DNA from: a virus
Length of the DNA stretch: 64,000 bases
IMG/VR virus record: IMGVR_UViG_3300028597_000007
Reading direction: 5' to 3' (one strand)
Shown: piece after piece, positions 34,670-42,618 of the stretch
Position numbering within the stretch: position 1 is the stretch's first letter
How the letters are laid out: each line of letters starts with the position of its first letter
Notes under the pieces: model-generated
What the model was told of the DNA's origin: nothing
What the model saw: only the letters and a program-made list of their open reading frames with translations
The model's database searches: none
Translations under genes and position numbers: made by a program

Positions 34670-36988
34670 ATGAACGTGTTTTCCCTGGCAGGTGGCGCAA
34701 GCGCGCCCCTGGACACTCTGATCCAAAGCTTCAACAACTCCTTCACGCACCGCGCTGCTGAGCTGAAGGACAGCCGTCTGACCAAAGGCCTGACCATGGC
34801 CGTTGAAAGCCTCGACGAATCGACCAAGGCCTCGCTGACCGCTTCCCTGGGCAGCATCCGTCAGATGGTGATCGAATCGTTCGAAGGCGTGCCAGGCGTG
34901 AACCTGGGCCACATGGGCGATCCGATCGCTGCCTCCGGCGAAGAAGCCGGTACTCAAGTTGGCGCTGATACCGCCGGCCTGAACGAAAACCAGCTGCAGG
35001 CTGCTACTGCCGTTGCAATGGCTTTCGCTGACCCTGAAGGCTACGCCAAGGCCGCGACCAACACCGCGACCCTGCCAGGCACCCAAGGTGTTGCCATGGC
35101 TTCCGAAGGTATCGGCGGCCAGCTGCAACACTTCAAAGAAACCGTCATGGCTACCGAGGCGTTCTCCGAACAGCCGCTGCGCCAGATGATGGGCTGGTCC
35201 GTTACCCTCGCTGCCGCGAACGCCCGTCAGGACGCCTTCGCCGAAGCCTGGTTCCCGACCACCGTTCTGACCCCTGCCGACATGGGTCTGACCCTGACCA
35301 TCGCTCGTTCGATGATCGTCAACACCCCGATCCACCAGCTGGACGGCGCGCCGAACAACCTCGGCCGTGTGAACCTGATCGACGCCGCTCGTCACCCAGA
35401 ACTTCTGGAAGACGAATCGACCCGTATCGTGCCGGTGGTTCCGCAGGACGTCAACGCCCCTGCTCGCAAGTTCCTGGTCGACGGCTACGCCTCCTGGCAA
35501 GTCGACATCGACGGCTTCAAGGTGCCGACCGCGCCTCTGGCCTTCGGTGAAGTCGGCCTGATCAACATCTCGACTCCGAACCACATGGCCCAACAGGGCG
35601 TGATGGAACTGACCGACGCCGTTGGCCAGGGCGCTCGCCTGGACTTCCTGGTTGCCAAGCTGGGCACTGACTTCATCAAAGTCAACGTCCGCAACCTGGC
35701 TACCTCGGGCTTCCTGCCTGCACAAGAAGGTGAAGCACCTCGCCAAGTCCTGAGCTTCGACGCTCGCGACCTGCCGATCCATGCTGGCACCAAGACCGCT
35801 TCGGGCGCCGCTCTGAACTGGCCGGAAGTTGTCGACAACAACCTGACCATCCGCTACGCCGTGGATGTGACCGGTTCGCTCGACCTGCAGACCTCGATCG
35901 CCCGTGTGAACGGTTCGATCATCGGCATCAGCGCAATCCTCGACGCCGAAGGCAACGAAATCACCCTGGAAGACGGCATCGGTAAAACCGTGGCCGACAA
36001 GTTCAAGGCTGACTTCAAGCTGGTTGGCTGGTATCCGTTCGCCGTTCGTACCAACGAGAACAAACGCCAGCTGGGCAAACTGCTCGACGTCCTGGAACAG
36101 CGCTACTGCTACGGCATCCCGCTGACCGCACCGATCTCGGTTCCTGCTCCTGTTGGTTCGGCCAAACCGGCTCAGAACCTGGAAGCCCTGATCTCCGCAC
36201 AGCGCCGCCGCTGCTCGAACGCCGCGATCACCACCCTGATCAACCACGCTGGTCTGCTCGCAGACTACATGGCCGGTCAGCGTCGCAAAGGCACCATGCC
36301 ACAACTCGGTTCGATCGGCCGTCTGGTCGTTCATCCGTTCTACGAGAAGCGCGTGATCGACGCCGCCGCTGCCGTGCAGACTCTGCGCGACAACGACAAG
36401 GCGCTGGACATCGCTGCTCTGCTCACCAACACCATCAAGGACCTGGCAGCCGACATGCTGATCCAGTCGGCATACCCTGCCGCTCTGGAAGCTTCGCTGA
36501 CTGGCTCCAAGTCGGTGAAACTGCTGGTCGGTACCGACATCAAAATCGGTCAGCACCTGCAAGTGGTTGGTGACCTGCGCACCTTCGGCCCGATGTTCAG
36601 CAACATGACCGTCGTGACCACCCTGAACAAGAAGATGGACGGCCGGGTCTTCCTGACCCTGACCCGCGACAGCGAGTCGAACGTGCCTGACGTCCTGCAG
36701 TTCGGCTGGCACGCCTTCATGCCTGAGCTGGTGTCCGTGGTTCAGGTGAGCCGTAACGGTAACACCCGTCAGGAAGCGACCGTGCAGTCCCGCTACCTGC
36801 ACATCTGCAACCTGCCTATCCTGGCCGAAATTGAAGTGAAGAACCTGTCTCAGGCTCTCTACAACAAGTCGGCCATGCGTGTGGACCTGACCCAGGAGTC
36901 GGAGTTTCCCGGTGGCACTGGCGGCGGTACTGACCCAGACGCAGGTGGTGGTACCGATGGCGGCGCTGGTGCTGGCACCGGCGGCTAA
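34670..36988 (+). CDS. major capsid protein precursor (phiKZ gp120-like)
   Basis: 772 aa; GGAG SD; extreme codon bias; propeptide ending MATE|A followed by RQDAFAEAWFPTTVLTP; synteny after DnaB. Confidence 0.9.
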   Translation: MNVFSLAGGASAPLDTLIQSFNNSFTHRAAELKDSRLTKGLTMAVESLDESTKASLTASLGSIRQMVIESFEGVPGVNLGHMGDPIAASGEEAGTQVGADTAGLNENQLQAATAVAMAFADPEGYAKAATNTATLPGTQGVAMASEGIGGQLQHFKETVMATEAFSEQPLRQMMGWSVTLAAANARQDAFAEAWFPTTVLTPADMGLTLTIARSMIVNTPIHQLDGAPNNLGRVNLIDAARHPELLEDESTRIVPVVPQDVNAPARKFLVDGYASWQVDIDGFKVPTAPLAFGEVGLINISTPNHMAQQGVMELTDAVGQGARLDFLVAKLGTDFIKVNVRNLATSGFLPAQEGEAPRQVLSFDARDLPIHAGTKTASGAALNWPEVVDNNLTIRYAVDVTGSLDLQTSIARVNGSIIGISAILDAEGNEITLEDGIGKTVADKFKADFKLVGWYPFAVRTNENKRQLGKLLDVLEQRYCYGIPLTAPISVPAPVGSAKPAQNLEALISAQRRRCSNAAITTLINHAGLLADYMAGQRRKGTMPQLGSIGRLVVHPFYEKRVIDAAAAVQTLRDNDKALDIAALLTNTIKDLAADMLIQSAYPAALEASLTGSKSVKLLVGTDIKIGQHLQVVGDLRTFGPMFSNMTVVTTLNKKMDGRVFLTLTRDSESNVPDVLQFGWHAFMPELVSVVQVSRNGNTRQEATVQSRYLHICNLPILAEIEVKNLSQALYNKSAMRVDLTQESEFPGGTGGGTDPDAGGGTDGGAGAGTGG

Positions 36989-37076
36989 TCCGTAAGGGTT
37001 GGCAAGTACAACGCTCTGCTTGTATAGGGGCGGTGGTAACATGGGTCTCGTGTTACCACGCGTACTTGAAAACATG

Positions 37077-37108
37077 AGGGCAGGCCTTCGGGCCTGCCTT
37101 TATGCCGT
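37077..37108 (+). terminator. hairpin with TATGCCG flank (element 7)
   Basis: AGGGCAGGCC-TTCG-GGCCTGCCTT then TATGCCGT, downstream of the capsid gene. Confidence 0.85.
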
Positions 37109-37296
37109 CGTGTTGGAATAACCTTTTTTGAAACCTAAATTATCAAGTTGAATGGATCTGGTTAGCGGCCCTAATCAAAACCATTCAAAAGGTGCAGTCA
37201 TCCCCAAGTCTGCCACTTACTCACTAGCTGAGAGTTACAACATGGAAGCTGGCATTAACGCCAACCGATTTCATCCATCGGCACCGGAGTGGGTAA

Positions 37297-38445
37297 ATGA
37301 CTATTACAGTCACCATCCCGGACAAGATCATCCACGAAGTTCCGATTGCAGAGTTGGAGTGGTGCTCGGGCCAAGACATTCAGTTCGATCACATGCCCGC
37401 AATGGAAACAACGGTGACATGCGAGAACTACACCCATCGTGACATTTGGGTGGCTGAGCGTACTGGCGCAATTAGCAAAATCTCTCCCAAGTCTAGTTAT
37501 AACCAAAACAAGTTCTGCATCAAGATACAACGTCGAAGGGCTTCGTCTACTCATACCGAGTTTGACATCTTTGACGTCGTGGAAGATAAGTCCGGTAAAA
37601 TCAAAACAGGCAGCGGCGCAGCTGCCGTAGATCGCTCGTACTCCATCGCCAATAGTCGGGGCGGTGGGATGCACGTATGCCATGAGGTGATCTTCACGAT
37701 TCCTCTAGCAGGCTTGCAGGGCCATGGTGGATCGCTGTACCACCATGAGACTGATATGGTTCTGGCTGTCAATAAAGAGCAGGCTATACATCCTGGCTCC
37801 CCGCAGTCCAGATTGAAGTCCAAGTACCGTGAGATGGAAGCTGACCTTCAAGTCTACACGGAAGATTCACACGACATAAAGGAGATAAAGAAGGCGCTAG
37901 GGCTGCGCCGAGGTTCTGACATGGCGCGAGTCATGATCGGTATCGTTGATAATGAAAGGAGGTATGGCGACAAGTTTGTCAACCTACTGGGAACGCCTCA
38001 CTTGGTGAGAGCTGTGAAGAGCGCGACGCTCATCGATGGCGTGTATGTGGTGAGGGATGAACTGATCAACAATTCGGGTCGTTCTTCAAAGCCAACTGTC
38101 ACGCACTATTCATTCGAGGACGTCGAGACTTCTGGGATTAGGTTATTCAACTCCAGCAGCGATGCCCTTACCTATGGCGAGCCTGAGAAAGCAGCGGAAC
38201 GAGAAGCTGAAAAACTCAAGTCTGATAACTTGCGACTGAAGGCTGAGCTGGACAAGCAACAGACTCAAAGCAAGTTGGCCATTACCCAAGTCTCTGATCA
38301 AGTTGATCGGGGGGCCATAGTCCGCAAAGATTACTACGAAGAACGATCCCAAAGGCGGAAAGATTCTTCGGAGGACATGAAGTACGTTTATGCGGGCTTA
38401 GCAGGGTTCTTAGGTTTAGTGGCTCTATTCCTTAAAGCGAAGTAA
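37297..38445 (+). CDS. conserved phiKZ-like protein with C-terminal coiled coil and membrane anchor
   Basis: GGAG SD; C-terminal YVYAGLAGFLGLVALFLKAK preceded by a charged coiled coil; weaker GC3 bias than its neighbours. Confidence 0.7.
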   Translation: MTITVTIPDKIIHEVPIAELEWCSGQDIQFDHMPAMETTVTCENYTHRDIWVAERTGAISKISPKSSYNQNKFCIKIQRRRASSTHTEFDIFDVVEDKSGKIKTGSGAAAVDRSYSIANSRGGGMHVCHEVIFTIPLAGLQGHGGSLYHHETDMVLAVNKEQAIHPGSPQSRLKSKYREMEADLQVYTEDSHDIKEIKKALGLRRGSDMARVMIGIVDNERRYGDKFVNLLGTPHLVRAVKSATLIDGVYVVRDELINNSGRSSKPTVTHYSFEDVETSGIRLFNSSSDALTYGEPEKAAEREAEKLKSDNLRLKAELDKQQTQSKLAITQVSDQVDRGAIVRKDYYEERSQRRKDSSEDMKYVYAGLAGFLGLVALFLKAK

Positions 38446-38463
38446 CAACGGGGAGTTGTCTGG

Positions 38464-40083
38464 ATGAACGCACAAATGCTGGCAATTATGGCTGCGGGTA
38501 CACCGCCCATCAACCCAGACATTGCTAACGGCATTGCAACCATTCAGGTCAAGACGGCGGAATCGTACATTGACCGGGATTTGCGTGCCTGTTCGGAGCA
38601 GTTGCCGGAAGGTATCCGCTACGAAAACTATCGCCGCTGCACTCCGATGGAGGAGTACAAAATCCTTCATCAGAAGAAGGAGAAGAACTACGTTGAGCTT
38701 TCCCGCTCGGACATGTATCTGATCGAGGCGAACTTCTCGCTTCACGGACGTCCACTGGAAAGCCGCCCCATGTACATGCCATTCGTGGGGGACGCTGGTA
38801 TCATGCACATCCGGGGAACGCCGTATTCGGTGAACCCCGTCATCGGTGACGTAGCAGTGAGCGTCACCCGTGGTGGTCTGTTCGCATGGCTGGGCCTGAC
38901 CAAGGTTCAGTTCTATCGCATGAACTACCACTTCGAAACCGATGGCAAAATCCAGGGTGCGTCTGTGGCGCACTCTAACCTGTACCACCGCAGCACCAAG
39001 TCGAAGGCAGCGAAGGTTGGCAAGAACAGCCTGCGCTCCACGCTGGTGCACTACATGCTTTGCCGGATGGGTCTGACCGAGATGCTCACCAAGCACTTCA
39101 AGTGCTCGGAGGTTCTGATCGGCGACAAAGACGTGATCAACTATGATCGCGTAGATCCTGAACAGTGGCTCATCTGCACAACAGGTGGTCACGGCGGTCA
39201 CTTGAAGGTGCCTATGGATTATGTCCCTAGTCGCCTCGCCATCGCGATCCCTCGCGCTGAAGTGACTGCAGATCAGATCGATGCCATCTGCGGTGTGTTC
39301 TATGTGGTGGACACGTATCCAGAAGCGGCCACTGAGCAGTACGTGGAAAATCCACACATGTGGCAGCGCCTGATGGGTCGCATCATCTTCGGTGATTCCA
39401 TGAACGAAGGTGAGCGGATGATCCTGCTGCGCGAGCACTTGATCTCCATCGATGGTTACGTGAACTATCAGTCGCGCAGAACGCTGCACCAAGGCGGGAT
39501 CATGGTTGAAAACATCCATGACTTCTTCGCTTGGGTTGTACGCGAGTTGCCAGTGTTGATCGCAAGTGCACCTACGGAAGTAGCGTCGCTCTACGGCAAA
39601 CGACTGATGACTGTGCGTTATCTGCTTAAGGACATTAGCCGGTCCATCTACCTGCTCATGTTCAGGCTGCGTGCGCAGTACAACAAGCGGGGTCGTCTCT
39701 CGGAGAAAGAGATTCGCGATGCAATGCGTAAAGGCCTACTGCGTGACCGCATCACTGTGGTAAACGTTGGCCACGCTGAGGTATCGACCGTTTCCTCTCC
39801 AGGCGACAACAAGATCTTCAAGATCACCTCGACAGCGGTACTGCAAGAGAACACCGATAGTCCAAAAGGCAAGGGCGGCGGCGGTAGCTTGAATGACCCA
39901 TCCAAGTTCATTCACACCTCCGTTATCGAGTTCTGCAGCTACTGTGCAATGGGTAAGAACGAACCTACTGGTCGTGGTAAGTTGGGCACGCATGCCATTA
40001 CCAACGAACGTGGTGACCTCATTCGTAACCCTAAGTACATCAACCTCATGGAACATACGCAACATCTCCTGACGCGCATGTAA
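38464..40083 (+). CDS. non-virion RNA polymerase beta subunit, N-terminal fragment (phiKZ gp123-like)
   Basis: RpoB N-terminal-like segments (YMPFVGDAGIMHIRGTPYSVNPV cf. IP.MT..G.FIING.E.V.V; HTSVIEFCS...KNEPTGRG cf. H.S.YGR.CP.ETPEG); 539 aa; position downstream of the capsid gene. Confidence 0.8.
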   Translation: MNAQMLAIMAAGTPPINPDIANGIATIQVKTAESYIDRDLRACSEQLPEGIRYENYRRCTPMEEYKILHQKKEKNYVELSRSDMYLIEANFSLHGRPLESRPMYMPFVGDAGIMHIRGTPYSVNPVIGDVAVSVTRGGLFAWLGLTKVQFYRMNYHFETDGKIQGASVAHSNLYHRSTKSKAAKVGKNSLRSTLVHYMLCRMGLTEMLTKHFKCSEVLIGDKDVINYDRVDPEQWLICTTGGHGGHLKVPMDYVPSRLAIAIPRAEVTADQIDAICGVFYVVDTYPEAATEQYVENPHMWQRLMGRIIFGDSMNEGERMILLREHLISIDGYVNYQSRRTLHQGGIMVENIHDFFAWVVRELPVLIASAPTEVASLYGKRLMTVRYLLKDISRSIYLLMFRLRAQYNKRGRLSEKEIRDAMRKGLLRDRITVVNVGHAEVSTVSSPGDNKIFKITSTAVLQENTDSPKGKGGGGSLNDPSKFIHTSVIEFCSYCAMGKNEPTGRGKLGTHAITNERGDLIRNPKYINLMEHTQHLLTRM

Positions 40084-40110
40084 CCAGTATTTAAGTAAAA
40101 GGACACAAGC

Positions 40111-42489
40111 ATGTACAGCGGAAATCTGCCGTTTCCACCCGATCAGATCATCAGCGGCAACTGGTTCGATGACCCGTTCAGTGCGCAGCTCCCGGTACCG
40201 GTGATGGCGATCATCCAACAGAATCCGAACCTGCAGTGGGTTCAGGCTCTGGTGGCAGCCGTACTGGTAGGCGATCTGCAACAGAACTGCCAAAGCGGGC
40301 CGGTGAGCGCATTTGCGTACAACCTGTTCTCCAACAACCGCTACAACAACGAACCGTGGATGTTGGTAATGGACGGTGGTGTGCAGTTCGCCTTTGGCCA
40401 ACTGCGCATGAACCAGCAAGGCGATCCTCGCCAAGTTGTCAGTCAAGCAACCGTGTTCTACGCAACCTATGCAACAGCGGCCTGCGTTGAGCGCTTCCCT
40501 GAACTGCGCAACTGGATGCAACCGCATCAGGTTCAGCGCTGCATGGAAGTGATCCAGCGCTACCGCGCAATGACCGGTGGTGTTGCTGGCGCTGGTGGTG
40601 GTCATCAGCCTCAGCAATACGCCAGCGGCCATGTGAGCAACATCATGTCGCCTACTGGCGGTGCTGGTGCTCATGCTTTCAACATGCTGCACATGGAGGA
40701 GAACTCCAAGTTCGGCAACCCTAACCGCGGTCGAGCGGTGCCTTTGGGGCGTGAACCTAAAAACGAGCCCGATCAGGCTCTCAAGAATCTGGGAGTGACT
40801 GAAGTGAGCGACATCGGCCGCAACACCCAACAACCAGTGCAGGGCGAGCCGCAGCAAGCACAGCCAGCCTACACGCCTCCGGTCAATCGTCCGCGTGCAC
40901 GTCCAGTGCCGATCGGTCAACCGACCCCAGGCACCATTCAACCAGTGCTCGAAGGCGAGCTGCAACCAGCCGGCCAGGTACACGAGATTCCCACTGGTCA
41001 GCCTGCGCCACAAGCCTACGCCGCGCCTCCGGTTGCACAGCGCGTTGAAATCCCACAGCAGACGCTGGACACTTCGCTCAGCGTGAGCAACGATATCCCT
41101 GCACTCGATGTACTGGGTGTGTCGGATGCCGAGTGGGGCGATGTGCCTGAGCACCACAAAGAAGTACCTGTGGCGCAATTCGGCAATGTGCAACCAACCG
41201 AGCAAGCCCGCGACGATTACCAGGTCCACGCAAGTGGCCGCTTCATGGTGCGTCCGCAGCATCTCGATGTGGTTCTGCCGCAGACCCGCGAAGAAGCTCA
41301 GCTGGAAGAGGTGGAAGATCTGGAGGTCATCGAGATCGCCAGCCTGCCTACCGAAGGCGACTTCACCGTGCTGGAACTGGAAGATGGCAACGTGGCTGTT
41401 CTCACCACTGGCGACGATGTTGGTCGTACCTGGTCCGAGAGCAATCCGCACAACTATCCTTTCAACCCGATCACCCACCAACGTTACCTCGTACAAGTCT
41501 CCGACGATGTTCGCTACGAGGCGTTCCTGCCGCGAGACCCAGACGTGGATTACGAAGACCTGGAATTCGATGTCGCCAAGCGTACCAAGGCGAAACAGCT
41601 GCGCCTGTCCGATCAGCACATCCTCGCCGACCTCTCGGTCATCACCGAGATCGTCCCAGCAGGTGCGCCGTACACGATCATCCACGCCAACGAAGAGCTG
41701 GCCAAAGCGGCTCAAGACGAAGACCAAGGCAAGCAACTGGAAGCTGTTGAGAAGTTCCAGGGCAAGCTGACCTTCTTCGACGGCGTGACCGAGAACTCCA
41801 ACCTGCGTGAAGAGCTGTATCGCCTCGACCTGTTCTTCGATCAAGTCAAAGCGCGCAACGCAGTGGCCGTGTCGTACTTCAGCCAAGAGACTCGTTTCGT
41901 GGCGTATGGCATGTCCACCAAGGTCAGCAACCTGATGACCTCGCAGCACGCCGACCGCGTCGCCAAGATGTGGCTGTTCCTCAACGATCTGGCCACGGCC
42001 TGTCCGCGTGGTTTCCTGTTCATCGACAAGCTGATGACCGACGGCGTGAATCGCCTGCTGGGCAAAGCTTGCGGCATCACCGAGTACGACATCAAATCCT
42101 TCGCCGAAGAGTACCACGAACTCAACGAGATCGTGGAGAAGGAATACGGCGTAGTGGCGACTGAGAAGCTGCAGGCTGCCGCAAACGAACTGGCCTTGGG
42201 CCTGTCGATCTCCACCACCGGTGTAGATCTGGTTGTGAAGCAAACCTTCGCGGTAGTTGGATTGCCCGTAGGTCTGGCAAGCTTCGATTTGGCGCTCACG
42301 TCTGGGGAGATGTTTGTGACCACTTCGGTTCAAGCTCCAGAGCTGAACGCTTTGTTGGATGAAGCAAAGAAAGACCAGGCACGACCAAAGTACATCAACA
42401 CCTACCTGAGCGGCCGCGACGGCGAGGTGTACGAGGTTGTGGAATCCCTTTGGGACGACGCGTTCAAGATGCTGGTGGCTGCTAAGTAA
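40111..42489 (+). CDS. conserved phiKZ-like hypothetical protein (792 aa) with a Q/P-rich linker
   Basis: AAGGA SD; coding bias; follows the nvRNAP gene. Confidence 0.7.
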   Translation: MYSGNLPFPPDQIISGNWFDDPFSAQLPVPVMAIIQQNPNLQWVQALVAAVLVGDLQQNCQSGPVSAFAYNLFSNNRYNNEPWMLVMDGGVQFAFGQLRMNQQGDPRQVVSQATVFYATYATAACVERFPELRNWMQPHQVQRCMEVIQRYRAMTGGVAGAGGGHQPQQYASGHVSNIMSPTGGAGAHAFNMLHMEENSKFGNPNRGRAVPLGREPKNEPDQALKNLGVTEVSDIGRNTQQPVQGEPQQAQPAYTPPVNRPRARPVPIGQPTPGTIQPVLEGELQPAGQVHEIPTGQPAPQAYAAPPVAQRVEIPQQTLDTSLSVSNDIPALDVLGVSDAEWGDVPEHHKEVPVAQFGNVQPTEQARDDYQVHASGRFMVRPQHLDVVLPQTREEAQLEEVEDLEVIEIASLPTEGDFTVLELEDGNVAVLTTGDDVGRTWSESNPHNYPFNPITHQRYLVQVSDDVRYEAFLPRDPDVDYEDLEFDVAKRTKAKQLRLSDQHILADLSVITEIVPAGAPYTIIHANEELAKAAQDEDQGKQLEAVEKFQGKLTFFDGVTENSNLREELYRLDLFFDQVKARNAVAVSYFSQETRFVAYGMSTKVSNLMTSQHADRVAKMWLFLNDLATACPRGFLFIDKLMTDGVNRLLGKACGITEYDIKSFAEEYHELNEIVEKEYGVVATEKLQAAANELALGLSISTTGVDLVVKQTFAVVGLPVGLASFDLALTSGEMFVTTSVQAPELNALLDEAKKDQARPKYINTYLSGRDGEVYEVVESLWDDAFKMLVAAK

Positions 42490-42557
42490 GCAGTCAAACT
42501 AACCCCTCCCTATCAACCACTGACAACCCCGGTGACAACCAAGAGCGCCTAATAAGC

Positions 42558-42611
42558 GCATAGAGTCCAGGCCCACCGGGGGCCTGGACTCCACTTATGC
42601 CTCTATTTTTT
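42558..42611. terminator. bidirectional hairpin with GCATA/TATGCC flanks (element 8)
   Basis: GAGTCCAGGCCC-ACCGG-GGGCCTGGACTC (42563-42591) between convergent genes. Confidence 0.85.
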
Positions 42612-42618
42612 TTTTACC

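Noticed and set aside
34595-37075. 826-aa antisense ORF opposite the major capsid gene (similar ones at 11878-13563, 23950-25317, 39736-42333, 53930-56053)
   Set aside because: Mirror ORFs expected from strong codon bias: sense genes avoid TTA, CTA and TCA in frame. They have no SD, no motifs and codon-for-codon registration with real genes.
37152-37442. 96-aa ORF in the post-capsid gap
   Set aside because: No SD, poor codon bias, and it overlaps the well supported 37297 gene in another frame.
1398-40083. Inteins, introns or homing endonucleases in RNAP, polymerase or helicase genes
   Set aside because: ORFs are uninterrupted and of family-typical size; no intein terminal motifs (C/S start, HN end) or LAGLIDADG/HNH/GIY-YIG signatures were seen.
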